A model generated the notes under the pieces. The model was not told the DNA's origin and did not search any database. It saw only the letters and a program-made list of their open reading frames with translations. A program made the position numbers and the translations under genes. This document shows, one piece after another, positions 9,030 through 18,740 of a stretch of DNA of 64,000 nt. The stretch's first letter is position 1. Each line of letters opens with the position of its first letter. Origin of the DNA: a virus (Duplodnaviria; Caudoviricetes); IMG/VR virus record IMGVR_UViG_2799112320_000004, positions 1 to 64,000 of that record; one strand, written 5' to 3'.

Positions 9030-10588
9030 TCGGGGCGAGGGAAGCACAGATCGAGCTCCTGCGCAGGGCCGCGCAGGTGAACCTGCTGGCGTTCCTCCAG
9101 TATTGCTGGTGGATGCCTGGGCCGCTACACATCGGACGGCACACGCGCGAACTGTGCGCGCGTCTGACGCAGGCCGTGGTGGACTTCCGCGCGGGCAAGG
9201 ACACCTACCTCATCGTGAACATGCCCTTCCGGCACGGCAAGAGCGACCTGGTCTCGCGCGCGTTGCCGGCATACTTCCTCGGGCGCTGTCGAGACATGCA
9301 GCCGAACGTCATCATGAGCGGCTACGGATCCTCGCTCGTCAAGGGCTTCTCGTCCAACGTGCAGGCGATCGTCGAGGGCGAGGCGTACGCCAAGCTGTTT
9401 CCGGGCATGCGGATCGACCCGGACAAGAACGCGACCGACGAATGGCGCATCAAGGACTCGGTCTCGAGCGTGTACGCGCAGGGTCTCGGCGGATCCATCA
9501 CCGGCAAGGGCGGCAACCTCATCATCGTCGACGATTATTGCAAGAACGCGGAGGAGGCCGAGAGCCAGGCCGTTCGTGACAAGGTGTGGGAGTCGTTTAA
9601 GACGGACATCTGCACGCGCACGAACGCGCCAGCGCACATCATCATCGTGTGCGCCACGCGCTGGCACGTAGACGATCTGGTGGGCCGCATCTACGCGGAG
9701 ATGGGCAACAATCCCGACTATCCGCGTTACGAATCCCTCGTCTATCCCGCGCACAAGAGCGGTCCAGGGGGATGGGACACGCTCTTCCCCGAGCACTACA
9801 AGGCGTCCTGGTACGCCATGCAACGGTCGCAGCTGGGGCCGTATCAGGCGGCCGCCCTTCTCGACTGCGATCCGCGCCGCGCCGGCACGACGGTGTTCAA
9901 GCGCGAGTGGCTCGAGTACTACACGGGCGAGATCGACTGGCGGCAGATGCGGATCGTGATCCTCGTGGACGGCGCGAAGTCGAAGAAGCAGGGCAGCGAC
10001 TACACCTGCATCCAGGTATGGGGCAAGAACCGCGACGGGCGCAACTACCTGCTCGACGGCGTGCACGCGCGGCTCAACCTGGCGGAGAAGATCCAGGAGC
10101 TGTTCCGCCTCGTCGAGCGGTTCGGAGGCCCGCGCAAGGTGGACTGCGTCTGGTGGGAGCAGGTCGGGCCGATGAGCGACGTGGAGGCGCTGCGCATGGA
10201 GATGGACCGCAGGCTCTACCACTTCACCGTGCGCGAACTGCGCCACACCACGAACAAGGACTTCCGCATCATGCGGCTCGTCGTGCCGTTCGCCAAGCGC
10301 GAGATCGTGCTGCCGCTAAAGCTGATCCGCTCGCGCGTGGTGGATATCGGTGACGGAACGCCGCCAGATGTCAAGTCGTACGACCTCACGCAGGAACTGG
10401 TCGAGGACGAACTCCTGCTGTACACGGGCGACCAGTCATCCATCCCTCATGACGACATGATTGACTGCATGGCCGACCTCACGGACGAGGAGGTCCTGCG
10501 TGACTTCACGCCGCCGGAGGGAGGCGCGCCGATCCGCGACGACCGTGGCTCAAGGCGCGAGGCGAGCGGCCGTCTTTTCGCGCGCTGA
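9026..10588 (+). CDS. terL: Terminase large subunit
   Basis: Walker A-like MPFRHGKS, Walker B IIVDD..K..EEAES, ATRWHVDDL, nuclease acidic motifs ILVDGA...SDYT and HDDMIDC. Confidence 0.95.
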   Translation: MIGAREAQIELLRRAAQVNLLAFLQYCWWMPGPLHIGRHTRELCARLTQAVVDFRAGKDTYLIVNMPFRHGKSDLVSRALPAYFLGRCRDMQPNVIMSGYGSSLVKGFSSNVQAIVEGEAYAKLFPGMRIDPDKNATDEWRIKDSVSSVYAQGLGGSITGKGGNLIIVDDYCKNAEEAESQAVRDKVWESFKTDICTRTNAPAHIIIVCATRWHVDDLVGRIYAEMGNNPDYPRYESLVYPAHKSGPGGWDTLFPEHYKASWYAMQRSQLGPYQAAALLDCDPRRAGTTVFKREWLEYYTGEIDWRQMRIVILVDGAKSKKQGSDYTCIQVWGKNRDGRNYLLDGVHARLNLAEKIQELFRLVERFGGPRKVDCVWWEQVGPMSDVEALRMEMDRRLYHFTVRELRHTTNKDFRIMRLVVPFAKREIVLPLKLIRSRVVDIGDGTPPDVKSYDLTQELVEDELLLYTGDQSSIPHDDMIDCMADLTDEEVLRDFTPPEGGAPIRDDRGSRREASGRLFAR

Positions 10589-10763
10589 CGAAAACCCTGT
10601 CAAGCGCAAAAAACGCGATTTTAAATTTTTTTTGACCCCTCTGTTTCGTTCATTGCGTTCGTTTCGCGTTTTTAATCTTTTTCTTAGACGGTGGAAACAA
10701 ATATTTTTCGTGCGCGGGTGTATTATGTTCGCGCACAAAGGACAACCATCGAAGGAGCCGAAA
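10589..10763 (+). promoter_or_regulatory. AT-rich intergenic region, probable late promoter/regulatory site
   Basis: The only long AT-rich gap in the late region; TATTAT at 10721-10726; 10-bp IR AAAAACGCGA (10609-10618)/TCGCGTTTTT (10664-10673); no good -35 box found. Confidence 0.4.
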
Positions 10764-11024
10764 ATGGGACACAAATCTGGCAGTTCTAAGGTCAAGCCGG
10801 TCAAGTCGCAGCAGACCGTCCAGCGGGCGGCCGCGTCCAGCGCGCCCATGGCGCCGACGGTGCAGACTCCGCAGACCGAGGTGGTCACGCCCGCCGTCAT
10901 GCGCGACATCAGCGTGGACACGCAGACCGCTCAGCAGAACCAGCAGCTCGCGCGCAGCCGCCTCACGGGCATCCGCTCGACGTGGTCGTCGTTCGGAGGT
11001 CGTGCGTCCAAGCTCGGATCGTAA
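10764..11024 (+). CDS. Small pre-portal virion protein
   Basis: GGAG RBS, ATG 10764, 86 aa, ends KLGS; same position as the small genes preceding portals in BPP-1-like phages. Confidence 0.65.
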   Translation: MGHKSGSSKVKPVKSQQTVQRAAASSAPMAPTVQTPQTEVVTPAVMRDISVDTQTAQQNQQLARSRLTGIRSTWSSFGGRASKLGS

Positions 11025-11033
11025 GGGGGCGAG

Positions 11034-12788
11034 ATGGACTTCGCGCTCATATCCAAGCATTGCCGCCACAAGGAGAAGAAGCTCTTCACGGCGTTCGAGA
11101 ATCGCAAGCCGCTCCTCCTGGACGTGGCGCGCGAGTTCTACCCGGCCGCGATCCCTGGACTCCAAAAGGGCGTCGAGGAGATGGCGGACGGCTACCAGCA
11201 CGACGACGACCACCGCATGCTCACCACGACCCCGATGGACTGCATGCGTCGCGGCGCCGCCGGGTTCCACGGGAACCTCACCAGCCCGACCACGCCGTGG
11301 TTCAGGTTCAAGCTCCCCGACTTCATGGTGCCGGACGGCGAGACCACGCACGAGCAGCGGAAGCTCCTCGACGACGTCACCCAGGCGACGCGCTGGACGT
11401 TCAGCCGGTCAAACGCCTATCCCATGCTCCACCGGCTTTACAAGCATCTGCTCACGTTCGGCTTCGGCTGCATGATTGTGACTGCGGACGAGCAGCGGAT
11501 CGCGAAGGTCACGACGCTGCGCATCGGCACCTACGCGCTCGGCGTGGGCGAGGACGGCACGGTGGACACGGTCGTGCGCCGGTTCGCGTGGACGGCCGGA
11601 CAGATCATCCGCAAGTTCGGCCGCGAGCTCATGCCGCAGTACATCCTGGACGCCGAGAAGGATCCCACGACGCGCTTCGAGGTGTGCAACCTCATCGAGC
11701 CAAACGCCACCGGCGACGACAAGGCGCACGATCCGATCGCGCGCGAGCTGGACATGAGCGACGACACCGTCTACCGCTCGGTCTTCTGGCTCAAGAACGC
11801 CGAGGGCCACACGAACAACGGGTTCCTGCGGGCCGTCGGGTTCTCGGTGAAGCCGTTCGTCGCGCCGCGCATGGAGTGCGAGGACGGCGACACCTACGGT
11901 CTCGGGCCCGGCATCGACGCGCTCGACCTGGCGCGCGGCTGCCAGAGCTTCAAGTTCGACGAGCTCAATATCGTCGGCCGGATGAGCGAGCCGGCCGTCA
12001 TCGCGGCGGACGAGCTGAAAGACGATGGCCTGCGTCTCTACCGTGGAGCCGTCAACTACGCGCGCTTCGGAGACCAGCAGCGGGCTCCGGTCGTGCCGGT
12101 GTTCCCGAATCCGCCCGGCCCGGATGGCGCGCGCGAGGAGCGCGCCGACGCCGCGCAGGAGATCGCGCGCCTCTTCTACAACGACGCCTTCAGCGTGATC
12201 GACGCCGTGCGCCGAGGCGAGACGGGCAAGATGACCGCGACCGAGGTCGAGGCGCACGTGCGCGAGGCCATGCAGCGTCTCGCGCCCGTTGCCACGCTCT
12301 TCGATTCCGAGCTGCTCGATCCGCTCGTGACCATCATGGCGCGCTACACGATCGCCGCCATGCCGACGCCGCTCACGCCCGACCAGGCCGACCAGCTCGC
12401 CGACGTGGACGTGGAGTACGTGAGCGCGATCCACCTCGCCCAGAAGCAGAGCGTCATCGCCGGGATCCAGCAGGTGTATGACGTCGCTGCCGTCATGGCC
12501 AAGGGAGGCAATCCCGAGGTGCTTCACCGCGTGGACGCCGACCGGATGATCGTGACGCTCGCGGAGCTGATCGGCTGTCCGGAGTCGTGCATGAAGAGCG
12601 ACAAGCAGGTCGCCGACGCCATCGAGGCCGACCAGCAGGCCGCCGCACAGCAGGCGCAGCTCGCCCAGGCGCAGGCGCAGGCATCCGCCGCGAAGGACAT
12701 CGGCAGCATCCCGCTCGACGAGGAGCATGCCGGCAGCGCGATCGCCGAGGCGATGGCGCAGAACGACGGAATGGGAGGCATGGCGTAA
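11034..12788 (+). CDS. Portal (head-tail connector), T7/BPP-1 type
   Basis: 584 aa; GNLTSPTTPWFRF, FGFGCM, YALG..EDG.VDTVVRRF, PFVAPR...GDTYGLGPG, MTATEV motifs. Confidence 0.95.
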   Translation: MDFALISKHCRHKEKKLFTAFENRKPLLLDVAREFYPAAIPGLQKGVEEMADGYQHDDDHRMLTTTPMDCMRRGAAGFHGNLTSPTTPWFRFKLPDFMVPDGETTHEQRKLLDDVTQATRWTFSRSNAYPMLHRLYKHLLTFGFGCMIVTADEQRIAKVTTLRIGTYALGVGEDGTVDTVVRRFAWTAGQIIRKFGRELMPQYILDAEKDPTTRFEVCNLIEPNATGDDKAHDPIARELDMSDDTVYRSVFWLKNAEGHTNNGFLRAVGFSVKPFVAPRMECEDGDTYGLGPGIDALDLARGCQSFKFDELNIVGRMSEPAVIAADELKDDGLRLYRGAVNYARFGDQQRAPVVPVFPNPPGPDGAREERADAAQEIARLFYNDAFSVIDAVRRGETGKMTATEVEAHVREAMQRLAPVATLFDSELLDPLVTIMARYTIAAMPTPLTPDQADQLADVDVEYVSAIHLAQKQSVIAGIQQVYDVAAVMAKGGNPEVLHRVDADRMIVTLAELIGCPESCMKSDKQVADAIEADQQAAAQQAQLAQAQAQASAAKDIGSIPLDEEHAGSAIAEAMAQNDGMGGMA

Positions 12789-13138
12789 TGGATCCGTTCG
12801 CCCGGACATCGCCTGAAGCCGAGCGCGAGCAGAAGGAGCTCGACGCGCAGCGGTTCTCGGACCTTCGCGCGTCGCTGTCGCGCCTGGTGGCAAACGATGA
12901 TTTCAGGCAATGGTTCCGCTATGTGAACTGGAACCTCCACCGGGGAGTCGTGGGCTCCTACGAGATGGACGCCTACACGCAGGGCAGGCGCTCGGTGGTG
13001 GAATTCCTCAAGGGCTCCATCTGCATCGCGGACGGAGGCCCGAAGTTCCTCGGCGAGCTTGAGGAGAAGCACTTTACAGTCGTCGCGCAGGCCAAGGCCA
13101 AGTCGCGGCTCGGTTACGAAACAGGAGAAAAAACATGA
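12788..13138 (+). CDS. Bbp19-like small head protein
   Basis: ATG overlaps the portal stop; 116 aa with AYTQGRRSVV motif; located between portal and scaffold. Confidence 0.65.
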   Translation: MDPFARTSPEAEREQKELDAQRFSDLRASLSRLVANDDFRQWFRYVNWNLHRGVVGSYEMDAYTQGRRSVVEFLKGSICIADGGPKFLGELEEKHFTVVAQAKAKSRLGYETGEKT

Positions 13139-13878
13139 ACAGACTGTTGATGAAGCTCGCGGGCGACATGCGCCTGCGCGATCCAGAACCTGGAACGGAC
13201 GGCGCACCGCCCGCGTCCACGCCCGCACCGACGCCCACAGGCGAGGAAAAGCCAGCGGATCCAGCTCCGGCCACGCCCGCGACGGATCCGGCTCCAGCGC
13301 CCACCGGAGACGACGCGCCTGCGGATCCGCTCGACGGCGTGACGCTCGGCGAGAACAAGCCGGCCGAGCCGAACGCGCAGCCGGCCACGCCCGCGCCCGA
13401 AATCAACGAGGAGGATTACGGCAAGGTCGCGATCGACACCGACATCGCGTCGGACGTCGAGGTGGACCAGGGCGCCATGAAGGCCGTCGCGCCGATTCTG
13501 AAGGAGGCAGGCGTCACGCCAGAGACGGCCGGCAAGCTCGTCAACGCGCTCGCGCGCTACCAGGTTGAGCAGTTCAAGGCGCGCAACGCAGAGCGCTTCG
13601 CCGACAACAAGCGCATGCACGACGCGGCCGTGCAGAAGTACAGCAAGATGGACTTCGCGCAGATCAACGCCGGCATCGACGCCGCGTTCAAGCCCGGCGG
13701 CGTCATGAACTACGTCATCCGCCACTCGGAGATCGGGAACGATCCCGAATTCCTCGCTCTGATGCTTTGGTACGGCCAGCACAAGCCCACGAACACCCAG
13801 CCCGCGGGCGGCGGCGGAGGAGGCGGAACGACCGGACAGGCCGCCGGATTCAACGGAATCGCGAAGGCATGGGACTAA
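13135..13878 (+). CDS. Capsid assembly scaffold-like protein
   Basis: Pro/Ala/Thr-rich acidic N-terminus, helical core with AGIDA and IGNDPEFL motifs; position immediately before the capsid gene. Confidence 0.75.
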   Translation: MNRLLMKLAGDMRLRDPEPGTDGAPPASTPAPTPTGEEKPADPAPATPATDPAPAPTGDDAPADPLDGVTLGENKPAEPNAQPATPAPEINEEDYGKVAIDTDIASDVEVDQGAMKAVAPILKEAGVTPETAGKLVNALARYQVEQFKARNAERFADNKRMHDAAVQKYSKMDFAQINAGIDAAFKPGGVMNYVIRHSEIGNDPEFLALMLWYGQHKPTNTQPAGGGGGGGTTGQAAGFNGIAKAWD

Positions 13879-13966
13879 TGACAATTTGCCGTCGGGTTCG
13901 CGGGTGCGACACAAGGCGGCGGACGGACCTGGACGCAACCAGGGGCAAGTAAGAAGGAACAAGAAA

Positions 13967-15016
13967 ATGCAGGTAAACGGAACACGGGTACTCACTTACG
14001 CCGATTTCGTCAAGGGCCTCGATCCGAAGGGCAACTTCGTCCACCGGATCGTCGAGCTCGTGGCGAAAAAGGTTGAGATGCTCGACGACATGACGGTCAT
14101 CGAGGCGAACGACGGTTCGTCCCTCTCGACGACCGTGCGCACGGAGACGCCGAAGCCGGTTTGGACGACCTACTACGGCGGCATCCCCTCGAACAAGGGC
14201 AGTAAGGCCAAGATCAAGGTCGGCTCCGGCATGATGGGCACCAAGGTCACGGTCGCGAAGAAGCTCTACGACGACTCCAAGGACAAGGACGCCGTGCTCG
14301 AGGACGAGATTCGCGCCAACATCACCGGCATGAAGAACGAGCTGGCGAGCGCGCTTGTCTACGGCCGACTGGCCGACAACCCGCTCGGGATCAACGGCCT
14401 CTTCAAGCACTACGACAAGTACGGCAGCGAGACGGCCGACGACACGGAGTCGGCGCACTACGTCTTCAACGCGCTCGGCATCACGGGCAACACCGGCGCC
14501 AAGTCGAAGCTCGGCTCCATCGCGCTCGTCGGATGGTCGCCGAACACGATCACCGCGTTCCACCCCGAGGGCCACGGCACGGGCGGCATCGAGAAGAGCG
14601 ACAAGCGCGTCGTGGACATCGCCGATCCGGACAAGGGCGGCGACGCGACGTACGAGGCTTATCTCCAGTACCTCTACTGGAAGCTCGGCCTCGCGGTCCG
14701 CGACTACCGCTACGGCGGGCGCATCTGCAACATCCAGCGCGACCTGATGCTCACCAGGGGCTACGAGGGCAGCTACGTCGAGCTGATCGACCGCCTGTCG
14801 CAGCGCGTCCTGGACGACGACGTGAAGCAGGCCTACTACATGGACAAGCTCATGTGGGAGAACGTCTGCGTCATGTTCTCGCGCCTCACGCGCGGCAACG
14901 CGATCAAGTTCGAGCACATCGAAGGCCGCAAGGAGAAGCGCCTTTACGGCATCCCCGTGCGCATCATGGATCCGATGAAGACCAACGAGGCGGAGGTCAC
15001 CGCCTTCTCGGCCTAA
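13967..15016 (+). CDS. Major capsid protein (BPP-1 Bbp17-like)
   Basis: Start re-assigned to ATG 13967 (AAGGA RBS); IEANDG, GIPSNKG and KLGLAVRDYRYGGRICNI motifs; 349 aa. Confidence 0.9.
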   Translation: MQVNGTRVLTYADFVKGLDPKGNFVHRIVELVAKKVEMLDDMTVIEANDGSSLSTTVRTETPKPVWTTYYGGIPSNKGSKAKIKVGSGMMGTKVTVAKKLYDDSKDKDAVLEDEIRANITGMKNELASALVYGRLADNPLGINGLFKHYDKYGSETADDTESAHYVFNALGITGNTGAKSKLGSIALVGWSPNTITAFHPEGHGTGGIEKSDKRVVDIADPDKGGDATYEAYLQYLYWKLGLAVRDYRYGGRICNIQRDLMLTRGYEGSYVELIDRLSQRVLDDDVKQAYYMDKLMWENVCVMFSRLTRGNAIKFEHIEGRKEKRLYGIPVRIMDPMKTNEAEVTAFSA

Positions 15017-15061
15017 CCGGAAGAACGCCACACACAGAAACAACTGAAAAGGAACAGGAAA

Positions 15062-15508
15062 ATGCACGACAAGACTCTGTTTTTCTTCGACCGCAAGGCC
15101 CTCGCCGCCGCCAACAACACGGAGATCACCTCAAAGCTGATCGACATGCGCTTCAACGGCGACGACGTGGACGGGCGGCTGTTCATCAACGCGCAGCTCG
15201 GCGCGGCGCCCAGCGAGGGCGTCGTCCGGTTCAAGGTGCTCACGTCCTACGACGGCAGCTCCTGGGTTGACCTCCTGACGGTCAACAACTCGGGCGCGAC
15301 GCTGTACAAGGGCCGTCTCCCGCGCGGCATCCGCCGCTACCTGAAGGCGGAGGCCAAGGTCACGACCGAGCTGGGCGAGGCGAACACCGTGTTCGCGGAG
15401 ATCACCGACGGGATCGAGAACGGCCTGGACATGAACCTTGTCCAGAAGTCGTCCGAGACTGACCAGGCTGCGGCCGGCGATGCCGTCCGCGCGGTGGTCG
15501 AGGCGTAA
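15062..15508 (+). CDS. Capsid cement/decoration protein (Bbp16-like)
   Basis: 148 aa after the capsid gene; MHDKTLFFFD..., SKLIDM, LPRGIRRYLK jelly-roll-type motifs. Confidence 0.7.
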   Translation: MHDKTLFFFDRKALAAANNTEITSKLIDMRFNGDDVDGRLFINAQLGAAPSEGVVRFKVLTSYDGSSWVDLLTVNNSGATLYKGRLPRGIRRYLKAEAKVTTELGEANTVFAEITDGIENGLDMNLVQKSSETDQAAAGDAVRAVVEA

Positions 15509-15515
15509 TCCTCCC

Positions 15516-15559
15516 GCCCCTCCTCCGTGCGTTCTCCGTTTCTGGGGGAGGGGCATTTT
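15516..15559 (+). terminator. Possible intrinsic terminator after the capsid/cement genes
   Basis: GCCCCTCCTCC...GGGGGAGGGGC stem (one G-U pair) followed by ATTTT; the loop is long. Confidence 0.4.
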
Positions 15560-15574
15560 CCAACTTCCCAAGCA

Positions 15575-16006
15575 ATGGATCCAGACATGAAGATCATCTG
15601 CAAATCAGACACGCAGGTCTTCGGCTACGGCATCGTCTCGAAAGGAGAGGCGATCGAATGGCCGGACGGCAGGCCCTTCCCGCCGCACGTTCAGGGCAAC
15701 TTCAAGTCGGCCGACGGAAAGCCGCTGTGCAACGCGAGCCCGAAGCCGCCGGAAGCCGCCGGGGACAAGCCCCAGCAGCCGGAAGGCAACGGCGGAACGC
15801 GCGAGCCGACGGCCGAGGAAAAGGCTGCGGAGCAGGGGCGCGCCGAGAAGACCGCGATCGACGAACTCGTGAAGAGGACGGCCGCGCTCGGCAAGCAGAA
15901 GCTGATCGCCGCGCTCGACGCGTCCGGCGTCACATACTCGTCAAAGGCCACGTGCGAGGAGCTTGCAAAGGCCCTTCTCCGCTCGCAAGGCCAGGAAATC
16001 GACTGA
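15575..16006 (+). CDS. Phage protein with C-terminal HeH/LEM-like domain
   Basis: C-terminus LGKQKLIAALDASGVTYSSKATCEELAKALL; start uncertain (15575 or 15587). Confidence 0.6.
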   Translation: MDPDMKIICKSDTQVFGYGIVSKGEAIEWPDGRPFPPHVQGNFKSADGKPLCNASPKPPEAAGDKPQQPEGNGGTREPTAEEKAAEQGRAEKTAIDELVKRTAALGKQKLIAALDASGVTYSSKATCEELAKALLRSQGQEID

Positions 16007-16018
16007 CGGAGGCGTGAC

Positions 16019-16630
16019 ATGGCGAAGACGGTCAAGTTCGGGATCGACACGGCTCACTCCCGCCTCTGGATCGACGAGGGACGGCTTTTCCTTGGCACGT
16101 CCGCGAAGATCGAACTTCTGGACTGGGAGGTTGACGACACCGGCTACGTGCCGGTCGTGACCGTGTTCCTTCCCGGCTCGCCCGTCCCGCTCGCGCAGTC
16201 GTCCTACGCGGACGGCGCGCTGACGCTCGACCTCACCGGCGAGGAGTTGCGCAAGGCGTTCCACTCCTCGCCGGCGAGGCACCAGTTCACGGCATACCTG
16301 AACCAGAAGCTGCCCGGCGGATCGTGGAAGCCGGACGTGGAGGCCGTCGGCGAAGTCTGGATCGACTGGTCGCCCGAGGCGTTCAATACCGAGGCCGGCA
16401 CGGTCGCGACGATGCAGGGCCCGCCCGGCACGGACGGGCAGGACGGCAAGAGCGCCTACCAGCTAGCGGTCGAGAACGGCTACGCCGGAACGCTCCAGGA
16501 ATGGCTGGCGGCGATGGAGGTTGCGAACGCGCTGAAAGGCAAGACGTTCGAGTTCTCGACCGCCACCTCTGAAAAGATGGCGAACGGATTGAAGTTGATT
16601 TTCGAGGCACTGGGAGGAACGGTACTATGA
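16019..16630 (+). CDS. Virion structural protein with short collagen-like segment
   Basis: QGPPGTDGQDGKSAYQLAVENGYAGTLQEWL motif common in phage fibre/collar proteins. Confidence 0.7.
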   Translation: MAKTVKFGIDTAHSRLWIDEGRLFLGTSAKIELLDWEVDDTGYVPVVTVFLPGSPVPLAQSSYADGALTLDLTGEELRKAFHSSPARHQFTAYLNQKLPGGSWKPDVEAVGEVWIDWSPEAFNTEAGTVATMQGPPGTDGQDGKSAYQLAVENGYAGTLQEWLAAMEVANALKGKTFEFSTATSEKMANGLKLIFEALGGTVL

Positions 16631-18096
16631 AGCGCATCGCATTCCTTTTCGCGCTCGCGGCGTCCGCATCGGCTTTCGCGGCGAACGTGGCGAAGGCCAG
16701 GTTCGGCGACCTTCCGATGAACGCGCAGGTCGTCACGAACGTTGACTTCTCCGGCATCTCCATGTCGGAGGAGGATCCCTACTTCAACGCGTTCACGCAG
16801 CGGGGCGGCACCATGTACGGGCCGCTCAGGTTCTGGAACGGCATCGGAAACTACGACATGTCCACCGTCATCTCCTCCAACGGCGTGTCGTTCTGGAAAT
16901 TTGCGCCGGCTTCAGGCGGCGGCGGAATCTGGGCGAGCGGCAGCTTCGAATGGGGCGACCTGCTGACGAGCGAGAGCGATCCGAACGTCCCAGCATGGGC
17001 GAAGTCGTCAGTCAAGCCGTCCTACTCGTGGAGCGAGATCACCGGCAAGCCGTCCGGCCTCGACAACGCCGTGCCGTCCAGCCGCAAGGTGAACGGCAAG
17101 GCGCTATCGTCCGACATCACGCTTTCCGCGTCGGACGTGGGGGCGCCCTCGACGGGCATGTTCAACGCCTCGTCAAACCTCGCGTCCACGGCGGACAGCA
17201 AGGCCACAATGGCCATCGCATATCTTCAGGGCGACGACGCGAAGGTCGTTGTCACGAACTACGACTCGGCCGTCACGATACCGTCCATGAGCCTACAGCA
17301 GCGCATCGCCGACGGCGGATCGAACTACTGGAAAGTCGTCTGGAACGAAATGACGCGGTGGAACAGGTTCACTGGCGACGGCTTCGACTGGGCCGCATGG
17401 TGCGGCTTCGGCTGCTTCCGCACGAACGTCCTTGCGCAGCTCGACCAGAAGGCGGACCGCGCCTGGGGCTTCTACGAATCGCACACGGGCAACTACGCTC
17501 CGGACGGCTACGCGTGGATCAGCAGCCCGAAGATCGCCATCGCCGCCGGGCTTGCGTACCAGCGGACGATCACGTCGGAGGGGGCCGTGTGGGTGCTGGA
17601 GTCTAACGGGCTTGTCACGGAGACGGGCGGAAACATGACAAACGGATTCTTCCGCATCAGCGACGGAGAAAACAACACGCTCTTCGAGATCGTCAAGGGG
17701 AACAAGCGCACCGTCGGCGCGCAGGCCGGAAGCGTGACGACCGAAAGCGTCATGGGCATCTCGCACATGCACATCCTATACGCCGTCACGGGCGGCCATC
17801 CGACTATCAAGGTCTGCACCGACCTCACGACGGCGGACTGGAAGGCCGAGACGTCCGACGAATGCGTGGCGAACGTGAACTGGACTGGAGGGAGCGGGGC
17901 TTGGATTGCAGAGGTCTGGGGCAAGACGGCGCAGCCAAGAATGTTCGTGAACGCGGAGTACGAGGTAGGCGGCGAGACGTACATCAAGAACACGGTTCCG
18001 ATTTCGGCCGACGGCGGGATCCTCTGCACCGACGGGATCCACAAGGTGCGGCCGGTCTACAACAACGGCTCGATCACGTGGGAGGTCGTTCAGTGA
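16627..18096 (+). CDS. Tail-fibre-like protein with N-terminal signal peptide (envelope cassette gene 1)
   Basis: MKRIAFLFALAASASAFA signal peptide; fibre motifs ESDPNVPAWAK, KPSYSWSEITGKP, VPSSRKVNGKALSSDITLSASDVGA; C-terminal half aligns with 62558..64000. Confidence 0.7.
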   Translation: MKRIAFLFALAASASAFAANVAKARFGDLPMNAQVVTNVDFSGISMSEEDPYFNAFTQRGGTMYGPLRFWNGIGNYDMSTVISSNGVSFWKFAPASGGGGIWASGSFEWGDLLTSESDPNVPAWAKSSVKPSYSWSEITGKPSGLDNAVPSSRKVNGKALSSDITLSASDVGAPSTGMFNASSNLASTADSKATMAIAYLQGDDAKVVVTNYDSAVTIPSMSLQQRIADGGSNYWKVVWNEMTRWNRFTGDGFDWAAWCGFGCFRTNVLAQLDQKADRAWGFYESHTGNYAPDGYAWISSPKIAIAAGLAYQRTITSEGAVWVLESNGLVTETGGNMTNGFFRISDGENNTLFEIVKGNKRTVGAQAGSVTTESVMGISHMHILYAVTGGHPTIKVCTDLTTADWKAETSDECVANVNWTGGSGAWIAEVWGKTAQPRMFVNAEYEVGGETYIKNTVPISADGGILCTDGIHKVRPVYNNGSITWEVVQ

Positions 18097-18740
18097 GGGA
18101 GCTGATCGCAGGATTCCAGGCGTCGCTGATCTGGATTTGCGTCGTCCTGCTGCTGTCGCTCGCGGGAATCGCCGCGTGCCCGATCGTGCGGGACGCGCTT
18201 GCGAAGCTCCGCTCGATGTTCGGCAAGTCGAAGGTTCAGGGCATACTTGTCGCGGCGGCGATCGTCGGCGCGGTCATGTACGGCGGGAGCAAGGGAACCC
18301 GCAGCGTCAGCTTCCCGCGCACGGACATCGAAGTCGCGTACCTGGTGGACGCCGGATCGTATGTCACGAACGACCTGGTGCACGTCGCCTTCGCCTCGTA
18401 CCTGATCCCGCAGGACGCGCCCATAATCCTCTCGTACTGGCCCGACGGCTCGACGAACGAGGACGAGATCGTGACGGCCCTGGCGGCGCCGCTCGCCGAC
18501 TTCCCGAACCCGCTTGACTTCGCCTTCGAGAACGCTATCTCGAACAGGTGGTACTGCTACACGACGTGGACGCCTGGCCCGGCCGTACACACGAACGGAG
18601 TATGGCAGACGATTTGGATGATGGACAGGTGCGACAACTTCTACATGATCCCCATCCGGACATGGATCGAAGCGGACGGCGAAGTCATTGCTCCGCCGGT
18701 GTTCACCCTGCCAGAAGAAGGAGAACCAGACGATGAATAA
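18093..18740 (+). CDS. Two-TM membrane-anchored protein (cassette gene 2)
   Basis: GTG start overlapping the upstream TGA; two hydrophobic N-terminal helices; AGSYVTNDLVHVA and TPGPAVHTNGVWQ shared with 62007..62561. Confidence 0.7.
   Translation: MRELIAGFQASLIWICVVLLLSLAGIAACPIVRDALAKLRSMFGKSKVQGILVAAAIVGAVMYGGSKGTRSVSFPRTDIEVAYLVDAGSYVTNDLVHVAFASYLIPQDAPIILSYWPDGSTNEDEIVTALAAPLADFPNPLDFAFENAISNRWYCYTTWTPGPAVHTNGVWQTIWMMDRCDNFYMIPIRTWIEADGEVIAPPVFTLPEEGEPDDE

Noticed and set aside
9026-10588. Intein or intron in terminase or primase
   Set aside because: Both proteins have normal lengths and contiguous motifs, with no intein splice-junction signature.
10598-10603. Perfect TTGACA on the minus strand just after terL
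   Set aside because: No -10 box at the expected spacing.
13886-13966. Longer capsid N-terminus from the ORF track start at 13886
   Set aside because: The RBS and composition favour ATG 13967; the upstream part looks non-coding.
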